Positions 1 to 8,432 are shown, numbered from the stretch's first letter. The stretch: 32,000 nucleotides of DNA from Pseudodesulfovibrio mercurii (GCF_000189295.2 NC_016803.1:420001-452000), one strand, 5' to 3'. The notes: generated from the letters alone by a model not told the origin. Translations and numbers: made by a program.

Positions 1-201
1 GAGCACGAGCGGGATGATCGGCAGCCCGGCCACGACGGTGCGCTGTTTGGCCACGATCAGGGCCTGGGCCATGTCGGACTCGGTGAACAGCCCCTGGCTG
101 GTCAGGTCCGAGCCGTCCTCGGCCAGAGCTATGCGGATGGTGGCCAGCAGGAACATCCTGGCCTCGGCCTGGAAAAAGTCGTCGAAAAGGTTGGTGGGCA
201 T
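1..201 (-). CDS. nadC: Nicotinate-nucleotide (quinolinate) pyrophosphorylase, N-terminal 67 aa; the gene runs off the window start
   Basis: Minus-strand frame is open from ATG (complement of 199-201) to the window edge. It is absent from the ORF track because it is truncated. Translation: MPTNLFDDFFQAEARMFLLATIRIALAEDGSDLTSQGLFTESDMAQALIVAKQRTVVAGLPIIPLVL. The AL-x-ED..D-L-T-S...VVAGL pattern is the NadC N-terminal signature. Codons are GC3-rich. Confidence 0.6.
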   Translation of the reverse strand, partial: MPTNLFDDFFQAEARMFLLATIRIALAEDGSDLTSQGLFTESDMAQALIVAKQRTVVAGLPIIPLVL

Positions 202-360
202 GGTTGCATCCATATATTTGCAGGGTGATCAAGGGAAGTAAGGCACGCGGGGGCGTTCGTCAAGAGCCGTCGGGGTTGATGAAATATTTCACATTAATAT
301 CACGTTGCCGAAGTTCGATTTCTTTGACCTGGAGCTGGATTTGAGCTAGGTATCCAGCCC

Positions 361-1695
361 ATGAGCGTGAAAGAGGAATACACCCCTCGCCCCGACGAGG
401 AACTGGACGACATGGCCGCCGTGGACTTCGAATCGCAGCATCCTGCGGATGCCGCCGAGACGATCGAAGGGCTGGACATCGCCGATCAGGTCAAGTTCAT
501 CAAGCAGCTGCCCATCAAGGACGCGGCCGAATCCATCGCGGAGATGGACGACCTCGACCAGAAGGCGCTCATCAGCAGCCTGAACCGGGGGCTGGCCGCC
601 CGCATCGTCGAGGAGATGGCCCCGGACGATGCCACCGACCTCCTCGACGGCCTGTCCGACGACCTCCAGAAGGCCCTGCTCAGCCGCGTGGCCGCCGAGG
701 ATCGCGCGGAGCTCAAGACCCTGCTGACCTTCGACCCGGACACCGCGGGCGGCGTCATGAACACCGAGGTGGTCATCCTCGACCAGGACCTGAACGCGGA
801 CGAGGCCGTGGCCAAGATCCGCGAGGAGGTCGAGGACAAGGAGATCCCGTACTACGCCTACCTGGTGGACAAGAAGGACCGGCTGGTGGGCGTGCTCTCT
901 TTGCGCGACCTGCTGCTGGCCAAGCGCGGCAGCCACCTGCGGGACCTGGTCAAGACCCAGAACCTCATTTCCGTTGGCTACAACGTGGACAAGGAAGAGG
1001 TCGCCCACCTCATCGCCCACTACAATTTCCTGGCCCTGCCCGTGGTCGATTTCGGCAACCGGCTGCTCGGCGTGGTCACGGTCGACGACGTCATCGACAT
1101 CATCCACGAAGAGGCCTCCGAGGACATGCAGGCCATGGTCGGCGCGGGCGCGGACGAGACCACGGACTCCCCGTGGCTCTATTCCCTGCGCATGCGCCTG
1201 CCCTGGCTGATCCTCAACGTCATCTTCTCGGCCGTCTCGGCCTGGGTGGTCCATCTGTTCGAGGGCAACATCGCCCAGATGGCGGTGCTGGCCGTGCTCA
1301 TGCCCGTTGTCGCCAACCAGGCGGGCAACACCGGGCAGCAGGCCCTGGCGGTCATGATCCGCCAGCTGGCCATGGAGCGTTTCGACCGCAAGCGCGCCTG
1401 GATCGCCGTGCTGCGCGAGCTGCGCATCGGGTTCGTCAACGGGATGATCATCTCCACCCTGGTCTTCTGCGCGGTCCTGCTGGTCACGCACAAGGTGCTC
1501 CTGGCCTCGGTCATGGGCGCGGCCCTGTGGGTGGACATGCTCCTGGGCGCACTGGCCGGCGGGTCCATTCCGCTGCTCCTCAAGGAGTTGGGGCGCGACC
1601 CGGCCCAGGCCTCGAGCATCTTCCTGACGACCATCACGGACTCCATGGGGTTCCTGGTCCTCCTCGGCCTGGCCGGGCTGGTCCTGCTGCACTGA
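361..1695 (+). CDS. mgtE: Magnesium transporter MgtE
   Basis: 444-aa ORF with the full MgtE layout: acidic MgtE_N region, tandem CBS modules (RLVGVLSLRDLL; LLGVVTVDDVIDIIHEE) and a C-terminal multi-TM channel domain (PVVANQAGNTGQQ ... TITDSMGF). Confidence 0.95.
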   Translation: MSVKEEYTPRPDEELDDMAAVDFESQHPADAAETIEGLDIADQVKFIKQLPIKDAAESIAEMDDLDQKALISSLNRGLAARIVEEMAPDDATDLLDGLSDDLQKALLSRVAAEDRAELKTLLTFDPDTAGGVMNTEVVILDQDLNADEAVAKIREEVEDKEIPYYAYLVDKKDRLVGVLSLRDLLLAKRGSHLRDLVKTQNLISVGYNVDKEEVAHLIAHYNFLALPVVDFGNRLLGVVTVDDVIDIIHEEASEDMQAMVGAGADETTDSPWLYSLRMRLPWLILNVIFSAVSAWVVHLFEGNIAQMAVLAVLMPVVANQAGNTGQQALAVMIRQLAMERFDRKRAWIAVLRELRIGFVNGMIISTLVFCAVLLVTHKVLLASVMGAALWVDMLLGALAGGSIPLLLKELGRDPAQASSIFLTTITDSMGFLVLLGLAGLVLLH

Positions 1696-1707
1696 GCCCG
1701 ACGGCTG

Positions 1708-1828
1708 CGCCGGAGCGGATCACGCTGCGCAGCATGAGGAAATCGCGCAGAAGGCGCATGCCGGGGCGCAAGGGGATGGCCCTGCCCGCCGAAGGGGAAT
1801 CACCCGACAAACGCCGCGAAGCGGCTTC
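1708..1828 (-). repeat. Copy 1 (inverted orientation) of a ~120-nt GC-rich structured intergenic element; the second copy is at 21869-21990
   Basis: The reverse complement begins gaagccgcttcgcggcg..gtcgggtgatt..cccttgc..cttctgcgc..tcatgctgcgc..gtgatccgctccggcg. It aligns block by block with 21869-21990. It lies between the mgtE stop and the bidirectional terminator. No frame survives the non-triplet indels between the two copies. Confidence 0.6.
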
Positions 1829-1868
1829 CCCTTCCGATTTCACCGATGAGAGCACAACACCAATAAAA

Positions 1869-1902
1869 GGGGCGCACCGGATATCCGGTGCGCCCCTTTT
1901 TT
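1869..1902. terminator. Bidirectional rho-independent terminator between convergent mgtE and cheZ
   Basis: Perfect 12-bp stem GGGGCGCACCGG / CCGGTGCGCCCC with an ATAT loop. It is followed by TTTTTT and preceded by AAAA. Confidence 0.85.
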
Positions 1903-1920
1903 CGTTGATTCCCGTGTTCG

Positions 1921-2658
1921 TCAGTCCAGGCCGAGGGAGGCGAGGAGGTCGTCCACGTCGCCCTGGTTGGTCCCTTCGGACGGGCCCTGGAGCTTGGAGG
2001 TGGCCTCGTTGCGCGCCTCCTGGGACAGGGCCTCGAAATCCTTCTCCGGCTCGGCCTCGCGCTGGCGGATCATCAGGCCGGTGGAGAGCATGACCTCGCG
2101 GACGATCTGTTCGATCTGGCGGAGGGAGTCGATGATCTTCTTGATGCGCTGTCCGGTCAGATCCTGGAAGCTCAGGGAGACCATGATATTGGATAGGTCG
2201 GTGCCCAGGGTGCCGTTGATTTCCTTGAGCTTCTCGCGGTCCCGCTTGGTCACGCCGCCGGACTCGAACCCCTTGACGATGGTGGCCACGGACCCCTGGA
2301 GGTCCTGGAGCTTCTCGACGATGTCGATGATCTCCACGGCGGCCTTTTCCGTGGTCCTGAGCACGGCGTCCAGCTGGTCCGAGGTCTCGGAGAAGAGCTC
2401 CTCGGGGTCGATGTCCGCGGTGATGCACTTGATCTCGGTCCCGCCCCGGGCGGCCTTGACTTCCTGGTAGATCTTCTTGAGCCCGCCCTGGAGGTCCTCG
2501 TTGACCCGGCGGTAGAATTCGCCTTCCAGCAGCGCCTTGGACAGGTTTCTGGCGATCTCCCGTTCCACGGCGGACGCGATGGTCCCCTTGAGATTTTCCA
2601 CGAGCTGGTCGGAGACCTTTTCCATCAGTTCCCTAACCAATTCTTCGTTGCTGGTCAT
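1921..2658 (-). CDS. cheZ: CheY-P phosphatase CheZ (remote, delta/epsilon-type homologue)
   Basis: 245 aa. The active-site helix SFQDLTGQRIKKIIDSLRQIEQIV matches the CheZ QDFQDLTGQVIKR motif, with the catalytic Asp and Gln retained. The C-terminal DVDDLLASLGLD matches the CheY-P-binding peptide (DDLLDSLGF). GGAG lies 9 nt upstream of the ATG. Confidence 0.85.
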   Translation of the reverse strand: MTSNEELVRELMEKVSDQLVENLKGTIASAVEREIARNLSKALLEGEFYRRVNEDLQGGLKKIYQEVKAARGGTEIKCITADIDPEELFSETSDQLDAVLRTTEKAAVEIIDIVEKLQDLQGSVATIVKGFESGGVTKRDREKLKEINGTLGTDLSNIMVSLSFQDLTGQRIKKIIDSLRQIEQIVREVMLSTGLMIRQREAEPEKDFEALSQEARNEATSKLQGPSEGTNQGDVDDLLASLGLD

Positions 2659-2675
2659 GCACGTGCTCCGGGAGG

Positions 2676-3194
2676 CTACATTTTGGAGTTGCGGATCTGT
2701 TCGCGCTGTTCCTTGAAGACGAACTGCACGATGGCCTCCATGTCCGATCCGCGCAGGTCCACGAATTCGAAGCGGTACAGGCCGGTGTCGGGCTCCTGGT
2801 CCAGGATGCGCCCCTTGCTGCCCGCCAGACGCATAGGCGACTGGCTGAGGTAGATGATCAGTTCCAGGGCGTCGCCGGGCTGGAATTGCCGGGCCGAGCG
2901 GAACTTGACGCCCGCGGCGGAGATCTCCATGACCTCCACGGGCAGGGAGAAGTCGGCCTTGACCGAGTCCTGGCCGAGCATGGAGATGATCTGGTCGAGC
3001 TTGCGGTCCATCTCCGCCAGGAAGGCGGTCACTTCCTCGGGGAGCTTGCTCTTCTTGACGAAGTCCTCGCGGGTGACCGGCTGGGGCATGGCGTCGCCGG
3101 TGAAGAGCTGGGGCGAATCCAGGGAATGCATGACGCGGGCCTGGGCCTTGAGCCGGACCTGTATGCGCGAGAAGGAGCGTTTCTCTTCACTCAT
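2676..3194 (-). CDS. PilZ-domain protein (putative c-di-GMP receptor)
   Basis: 172 aa. It has an N-terminal RSFSR (RxxxR) and a later EISAAG ([D/N/E]xSxxG) strand, with an LPEEVTAFLAEMDRKLDQIISML helical insert between them. The C-terminal IVQFVFKEQREQIR helix is typical of PilZ. An AAGGGGG RBS is present. Confidence 0.7.
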   Translation of the reverse strand: MSEEKRSFSRIQVRLKAQARVMHSLDSPQLFTGDAMPQPVTREDFVKKSKLPEEVTAFLAEMDRKLDQIISMLGQDSVKADFSLPVEVMEISAAGVKFRSARQFQPGDALELIIYLSQSPMRLAGSKGRILDQEPDTGLYRFEFVDLRGSDMEAIVQFVFKEQREQIRNSKM

Positions 3195-3210
3195 GGGACC
3201 CCCTTGGGGT

Positions 3211-3678
3211 TTAGGACCTGCCGTTTTCGTCCATGTCGAGGGTCATGCACTTGACCGGGCAGACGCGGGTGCACATGCCGCAGGCGGAACACTTGTCCAC
3301 GTTGAAGACGACCTTGAGGGTCTCGCGGTCCAGGGCCAGGGCGTCGGTGGGGCACATGGCCGTGCACACCCCGCAGTGGATGCAGGCGTCCTCGTCGCGG
3401 AAGATCTTGTGCGCCACCGGGGTGATGCGCACACCGTTCTCCTTGAGGTAGCCGATGCCCTTGTGGAACTCGTCCTCCCGGCCCGAGACCTCGAGGGTCA
3501 TGGTCCCCTCGTGGCGCGGGGAGATGTCCGCCTTGAGGATGTTGAAGCTCAGGTCGAACTTGCGCAGCAGGTTGCAGACCACGGGCCTGCCGGAGACTTC
3601 CGGCGGGAAGGAAAGGTAGACGATCTTCCTGAAACCATTCTTGACTTCTTGCATGGGACTGTCCTGAGTGCCCTTCAT
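3211..3678 (-). CDS. NIL-domain / 2x[4Fe-4S] ferredoxin-domain protein
   Basis: N-terminal NIL-like domain (VVCNLLRKFDLSFNILKADI). Two CxxCxxCxxxCP motifs follow (CIHCGVCTAMCP, CSACGMCTRVCP). The alternative start Met9 (coordinate 3654) has AGGA 7 nt upstream and may be the true start. Confidence 0.8.
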   Translation of the reverse strand: MKGTQDSPMQEVKNGFRKIVYLSFPPEVSGRPVVCNLLRKFDLSFNILKADISPRHEGTMTLEVSGREDEFHKGIGYLKENGVRITPVAHKIFRDEDACIHCGVCTAMCPTDALALDRETLKVVFNVDKCSACGMCTRVCPVKCMTLDMDENGRS

Positions 3679-3703
3679 GGCACGTTCGGCGCGTTGGCCG
3701 CAA

Positions 3704-4663
3704 TTATTTCATTTTGTCCAGGGACCGCTTGGCCTGGGTGGCTTCCACGGTCTTGGGGAATTTTTTGATGATTTCCTCGAAACGCATCTTGGCCAGCTCG
3801 GGCTTGCCCAGGCGCTCCCAGGAGTAGCCGGCCCGGAGCAGGGCGGCCTTGTACTTGGAGCTCTTCTGGTACTTCTCGATGACGTCCTCGTAGAGGATGA
3901 CGGCCCGGGCGTAGTCCTTGAGCATGTAATAGCACTGGCCCTGCCAGAAGACCGCGCTGGGCGTGAAGGCATGGCCCTTGAAGGTGTCGGTGAACTCGGC
4001 CCAGTAGGAGCGGGCGCGCTCGTAGTTGCCTTCCTTGTACAGGGCGTAGGCCTTGTCGTAGAGGGCCTTGGCCGGGTCGGTGTCGGCCTGGGCCGCGGCC
4101 GTGGCGGCTCCGGCCGCTGCGGCTCCGGTTGCGACGGCCGCCTCTTCGGGGGCGTCGGCCGGGGCGGCGGTGGCGGCGGTGGCTGTGGCGGCCGCAGTGG
4201 CCCCGGCGGTGGCCGTGGCGGCAGCGGCCGCGTCATGCGCCTTGCGGACCTCGGGCAGGTCCACCTGGAGCTCGTTCACCATGGCGAATTCCACCTCGGA
4301 CAGCCGCTTGGACAGGTCCTCGACGGTCACGGCGGAGTCGGCCGCGCCCACCTGGCGGTCCATGCGGATGTTCAGATTGTCCACCTCGCCGCGCATCTTG
4401 GCGATCTCGGCGCGCAGGGACTGGATTTCGGCCCACATGTCGGCGGACTGTTCGCGGATGGGGTTGTTGGACTTCTCGATCTCTGCCTTGAGCTGCTGTT
4501 TGGACTCGGCCAGTTCGGCCTCAAGCTGCCGGATTCGGTTGAGGTCCTGCTGACGGTCGGACTGCATGGCCTCCACGTCGGTCCTGGTGGCGCAACCGGC
4601 CAGCGCGGACAGGCTCAGGAGGATCAACAGGACGGTGAAAAGACTGCTGTTTTTCATCTTCAT
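3704..4663 (-). CDS. YbgF/CpoB-like TPR lipoprotein with coiled-coil and an Ala/Thr-rich linker
   Basis: The 533-aa track ORF was trimmed to MKMKNSS (GAGGGAG RBS upstream). A lipobox LSALAGC follows the signal peptide. A heptad-rich coiled coil comes next (LNRIRQLEAELAESKQQLKAEIEK...). The C-terminal TPR block resembles YbgF (ALYDKAYALYKEGNYERA...FWQGQCYYMLKDYARA...KAALLRAGYSWERLGKPELAK). Confidence 0.75.
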   Translation of the reverse strand: MKMKNSSLFTVLLILLSLSALAGCATRTDVEAMQSDRQQDLNRIRQLEAELAESKQQLKAEIEKSNNPIREQSADMWAEIQSLRAEIAKMRGEVDNLNIRMDRQVGAADSAVTVEDLSKRLSEVEFAMVNELQVDLPEVRKAHDAAAAATATAGATAAATATAATAAPADAPEEAAVATGAAAAGAATAAAQADTDPAKALYDKAYALYKEGNYERARSYWAEFTDTFKGHAFTPSAVFWQGQCYYMLKDYARAVILYEDVIEKYQKSSKYKAALLRAGYSWERLGKPELAKMRFEEIIKKFPKTVEATQAKRSLDKMK

Positions 4664-4884
4664 TGCAAGCTCCCTCTTTTTCTGCCGAGGAAAAGATACG
4701 TCAGAGCGCCGAGGATGGGAATAAAAATGCAGATCTGCATCCACAGGCTCTTTTCCGTCGGGGATTCGAAGTTCCGTTTCCAGACGTCCAGGATGGACCA
4801 GACGCTGAAGGCGAAACAGGCGCCGACCGCGATCAGCACGATGGCCCACTGGGTCGGGGTCAGGGCCGAGAAGTCTGCGAACAT
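4660..4884 (-). CDS. Small membrane protein, PLDc_N (cardiolipin-synthase N-terminal-like) family
   Basis: 74 aa with two TM segments and the family pattern W..ILDVW....E..EKSLWMQICIFIPILGALTYLFLGRKR. Its stop overlaps the next gene's start (ATGA overlap at 4660-4663). Confidence 0.65.
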   Translation of the reverse strand: MFADFSALTPTQWAIVLIAVGACFAFSVWSILDVWKRNFESPTEKSLWMQICIFIPILGALTYLFLGRKRGSLQ

Positions 4885-4896
4885 GGTGCGTTCTCC

Positions 4897-5397
4897 TTAG
4901 GAAAGCCGGGACGGCTTTCGGGTGTCCCCGCGGTTGAGCAGGGTGGACACGATGATGCAGCCCGCGCCCACGGTCAGGGCGCTGTCGGCCACGTTGAAGG
5001 CGGGCCAGTGGTAGCTGCCCGCGTAGAAGTCCAGGAAGTCGATGACCGAGCCGAGCCAGAGCCGGTCGATGGCGTTGCCCACGGCCCCGCCCGCGATCAT
5101 GCCCAGCCCGGCGAGCATCCAGCGGTCCCCGTCCCTGGTCAGCCGGATCATGTAGGCGATGACCAGGACGGCGGCCAGGGAGATGAGGATGAACAGCGGG
5201 CGCTGCCAGTCGATCTTGTCGTCGTCCAGGAAGCCCCAGGCCGCGCCCTTGTTCAGCACGTGAACCAGGTTGAACAGACCGGGAACGATCTCCCTGCCGG
5301 TCCACGGCTGCATCAGGTTGTGGACCAGGAGCTTGGTGATCTGGTCGAGCACCACGGTGCCCGCCGCCCAGACGGCTGCCAGCTTGTACCGATTCAT
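4897..5397 (-). CDS. lspA: Lipoprotein signal peptidase (signal peptidase II)
   Basis: The track ORF was trimmed to MNRYKLAAV. Motifs LNKGAAWGF, GGAVGNAIDR and FNVADSAL match LspA. It sits directly downstream of ileS (7-nt gap), the classic ileS-lspA pairing. Confidence 0.93.
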   Translation of the reverse strand: MNRYKLAAVWAAGTVVLDQITKLLVHNLMQPWTGREIVPGLFNLVHVLNKGAAWGFLDDDKIDWQRPLFILISLAAVLVIAYMIRLTRDGDRWMLAGLGMIAGGAVGNAIDRLWLGSVIDFLDFYAGSYHWPAFNVADSALTVGAGCIIVSTLLNRGDTRKPSRLS

Positions 5398-5404
5398 GGG
5401 GCTC

Positions 5405-8221
5405 CTATTCGAGGGTCTTGAGCACCGCCGTGCAGCGCGGGCAGGCGTCCGGGTAGTCCGGGTCCGTGCCCAGGTCCTCGGCGATGCGCCAGCACCGTTC
5501 GCACTTCTCGCCCGGAGCGGGGGCCACGGCGACCTTGAGATTTTCGATGTCCTCGCCGACATAGGCGTCCGCCGGGGCGTTCTCCGGCTCGTCCAGGACC
5601 AGCTTGGAGATGATGAAGAACTCGCGCGGGTCGATGTCCTCGGTGGCGACCAGCTCGCGGACGGCCTCGTCGGCGTAGAGGGTCACCTGGGCGTCCAGGG
5701 ACTTGCCGATGACCCGGTCCTTGCGCAGGGGCTCGATGGCCTTGTTGACCTCGGACCGGACCAGGGCCAGTCGTTCCCAGCGGGCGCGCTCGTCGGCGGA
5801 CAGGCCGGGCCGGTCGGGCTGGAAGCGCAGGGCGAAGACCGTCTTGCTTTGCGGCAGGGCGGCCTTGATCGCCTCGGGCAGGTCCTGGAAGGCCTCCTCG
5901 GCGGTGAAGGACAGGACCGGGGCCATGTCCTCGAGGAGCATGAGCAGGATCTGCCAGAGCACGGTCTGGGCGGAGCGGCGCTTGAGGCCGTCCCGCTCCT
6001 CCACGTAGAGGCGGTCCTTGATGATGTCGAGGTAGAAGGCGGACAGGTCCACCACGCAGAGGTTGTGCAGGGTGTGGTAGACCTTGTGGAATTCGAACCG
6101 GCGGTAGGCCGTGCGGATGGCGTCGTGCTGGCGCACGACCATGTCCAGGGCGTAGCGGTCCAGCGGCGGCATGTCGGCCACGGCCACTTTGTCCGCCGGG
6201 TCGAAGTCGCTCAGGTTGGACAGCAGGTAGCGGCAGGTGTTGCGGATGCGGCGGTAGGCGTCGACCAACCGGCTCAGGGTCTCGTCCGAGATGCGGATGT
6301 CCTCCTGGTAGTTGGAGGCCGAGACCCACATGCGCAGGATCTCCGCGCCGAACTTGTCGATGATCTCTTGCGGGGCCAGGACGTTGCCGATGGATTTCGA
6401 CATCTTGCGCCCTTCGGCGTCGACCACGTAGCCGTGGGTCAGGACCGCCTTGTAGGGCGGCACGTCGCGCGTGCCCACCGAGGCGAGCAGGGAGGAGTGG
6501 AACCAGCCGCGATGCTGGTCCGAGCCCTCCAGGTACAGGTCCGCCGGGAAGCGGGTCTCCTTGCGCTGCTCCACCACGGCGGCGTAGCTGGTGCCGGAGT
6601 CGAACCAGACGTCCAGGATGTCGGTCTCGCGCCGCCAGTGTTTGCCGCCGCACTTGGGACAGGTCAGCCCCTCGGGCACGATCTCTTCGAGCGGGGCCTC
6701 GAACCAGTAGTCGCAGCCGGTCTCGTGCTTGGCGTAGCGGTCGCAGATGTCGTAGACCCACTTGGCGTCGAACCAGGTCTCGTCGCAGTCCTCGCAGATG
6801 AGCGCGGAGATGGGCACGCCCCAGTTGCGCTGGCGGGAGATGCACCAGTCAGGCCGGTTTTCGACCATGTTGTAGATGCGCTCCTCGCCCCAGGACGGAA
6901 TCCACTCCACGTCGTTGCGGATGGCCTTGAGGGCCCGCTTGCGCAGGTTGTTCTCGTCCATGCCGATGAACCACTGGGTGGTGGCCCGGAAGATGACCGG
7001 CTGCTTGCAGCGCCAGCAGTGGGGGTAGGAGTGGGTGATCTTTTCCGAGGCCATCAGGTTGCCCAACTCGGTCAGCTTCTCGATGACCTTGGGGTTGGCC
7101 TCCCAGACGTTCAGTCCGGCGAAAAATTCGACTTCATTGAGAAATTCGCCGCGATTGTTCATGGGCGAGTAGATTTCCAGGCCGTAGCGCAGGCCGGTCT
7201 CGAAGTCCTCGCGGCCGTGTCCCGGCGCGGTGTGCACGCAGCCCGTGCCGGTGTCCAGGGTCACGTAGTCGGCCAGGACCACCGGGGACGGGCGGTCGTA
7301 GATGGGGTGCTTGGCCCGCATGCCCTCGAGGTCCGCGCCGCGGAAGGTGGCCAGGGTCTCCCAGGACTCCCAGCCGAACTTGCCGGCGCAGGATTCGAGC
7401 AGGGCTTCGGCCAGGACGTAGTAGTCGCCGCCCGTCTGGACCAGGACGTAGTCGAAGTCCGGGTGCACGGCCACGGCCATGTTGTCCGGGATGGTCCACG
7501 GGGTGGTGGTCCAGATGAGGATGTACAGACTGGAGACGTCGATGTCCGTGATCTTCTTGAAATTCTCGTCGGCCATGGGGAAGCGGACGTAGATGGACGG
7601 GGAGGTGTGGTCCTCGTACTCCACCTCGGCCTCGGCCAGGGCGGTGTGGCAGTCGCAACACCAGTAGATGGGCTTCTTGCCCCGGACCACGCCGTCGCGC
7701 TCCATGAACCGGCCCAGTTCACGGGCGGTGGCCGCCTCGTACTCGGGCTTCATGGTCATGTACGGGTCGTCCCATACTCCGAACACGCCCAGCCGCTTGA
7801 ACTCCTGGCGCTGGGTGTCCAGCCATTTGGCGGCGTAGGAGCGGCAGATCTTGCGGATGGTCAGGGTGTCGAGTTCCTTGTTCTTTTTCTTCAGTTCCTG
7901 CTCGACCTTGTGCTCGATGGGCAGGCCGTGGCAGTCCCAGCCGGGCACGTACTCGGCCTTCTGGCCCTGGATGTTCCGGGACTTGACGATGATGTCCTTG
8001 AGGACCTTGTTCAGGGCCGTGCCCATGTGGATGTGGCCGTTGGCGTAGGGAGGACCGTCGTGCAGCACGTATCTGTCGTCGGGGTCACCGGCGGCGACCA
8101 TCTCGTCATAGGCCTTGATCTCCTCCCAGAACTTGAGCATCTCGGGCTCGCGCTGCGTGAGGTTGGCCTTCATGGGGAAGGTGGTCTGGGGCAGGAGCAA
8201 AGTTTTTTTGTAGTCGCTCAT
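5405..8221 (-). CDS. ileS: Isoleucine--tRNA ligase
   Basis: 938 aa. HIGH-type motif [21 protein letters not shown] motif, a CP1 editing region, and C-terminal zinc-binding Cys pairs (CERCWR ... CPRC). Confidence 0.98.
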   Translation of the reverse strand: MSDYKKTLLLPQTTFPMKANLTQREPEMLKFWEEIKAYDEMVAAGDPDDRYVLHDGPPYANGHIHMGTALNKVLKDIIVKSRNIQGQKAEYVPGWDCHGLPIEHKVEQELKKKNKELDTLTIRKICRSYAAKWLDTQRQEFKRLGVFGVWDDPYMTMKPEYEAATARELGRFMERDGVVRGKKPIYWCCDCHTALAEAEVEYEDHTSPSIYVRFPMADENFKKITDIDVSSLYILIWTTTPWTIPDNMAVAVHPDFDYVLVQTGGDYYVLAEALLESCAGKFGWESWETLATFRGADLEGMRAKHPIYDRPSPVVLADYVTLDTGTGCVHTAPGHGREDFETGLRYGLEIYSPMNNRGEFLNEVEFFAGLNVWEANPKVIEKLTELGNLMASEKITHSYPHCWRCKQPVIFRATTQWFIGMDENNLRKRALKAIRNDVEWIPSWGEERIYNMVENRPDWCISRQRNWGVPISALICEDCDETWFDAKWVYDICDRYAKHETGCDYWFEAPLEEIVPEGLTCPKCGGKHWRRETDILDVWFDSGTSYAAVVEQRKETRFPADLYLEGSDQHRGWFHSSLLASVGTRDVPPYKAVLTHGYVVDAEGRKMSKSIGNVLAPQEIIDKFGAEILRMWVSASNYQEDIRISDETLSRLVDAYRRIRNTCRYLLSNLSDFDPADKVAVADMPPLDRYALDMVVRQHDAIRTAYRRFEFHKVYHTLHNLCVVDLSAFYLDIIKDRLYVEERDGLKRRSAQTVLWQILLMLLEDMAPVLSFTAEEAFQDLPEAIKAALPQSKTVFALRFQPDRPGLSADERARWERLALVRSEVNKAIEPLRKDRVIGKSLDAQVTLYADEAVRELVATEDIDPREFFIISKLVLDEPENAPADAYVGEDIENLKVAVAPAPGEKCERCWRIAEDLGTDPDYPDACPRCTAVLKTLE

Positions 8222-8432
8222 GGGTTTTCAAGTCCTCCGGGAACCATATATTTCTTTAAATCATAGTGGCCGTTTTGATGAGACGGCGTAGATTGGTATA
8301 AGCCGGACCGGAAGTCAAGCTTTGCACGGGCGGGGCGGGGACTTGCACAATGTTTACACGGCCTGCGAAACGTGCTTTTGTGACAAGTGGACGACAATGT
8401 CCCGAACGTGAACAACAGACGAATCAGGAGAT

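Noticed and set aside
202-360. M-box (Mg2+) riboswitch upstream of mgtE.
   Set aside because: The spacer is only ~160 nt and is shared with the divergent nadC promoter. I could not recognise the conserved M-box helices or core. A cmscan would settle it.
3704-5305. Long N-terminal extensions of several track ORFs that read through upstream genes: 3704-5305, 4897-5562, 9151-10887, 10083-11888, 11006-12643, 13169-13528, 16234-19092, 24204-25199 and 27467-28210.
   Set aside because: The extensions are Arg/Gly/Pro-rich nonsense and overlap the well-supported upstream genes. In each case an internal Met with a Shine-Dalgarno sequence coincides with the start of the recognisable protein, so the starts were trimmed.
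5270-8266. 998-aa plus-strand ORF antisense to ileS. Similar long antisense ORFs occur elsewhere: 346-1692 opposite mgtE, 13444-15675 opposite the GGDEF-EAL gene, 16438-17682 and 18400-19152 opposite the Lon-like gene, 19827-21548 opposite ilvB, 25045-27022 opposite sufCB, 28252-29295 opposite GT4, and 29446-31395 opposite sucCD.
   Set aside because: These are shadow frames typical of high-GC DNA. Their translations are monotonous Gly/Arg/Ala/Val/Asp/His-rich strings with no recognisable motifs. The opposite strand encodes unmistakable, full-length conserved proteins.
8222-8432. T-box or leader element for ileS, and a sigma-54-like site (GG-N10-TTGCA at 8333-8347, with duplicated TTGCAC at 8322 and 8343) facing the TPR gene.
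   Set aside because: No specifier or T-box-like conserved sequence is visible. The -24 GG falls in a G-run (gGGgcg rather than TGGCAC), so the match is not distinguishable from chance.
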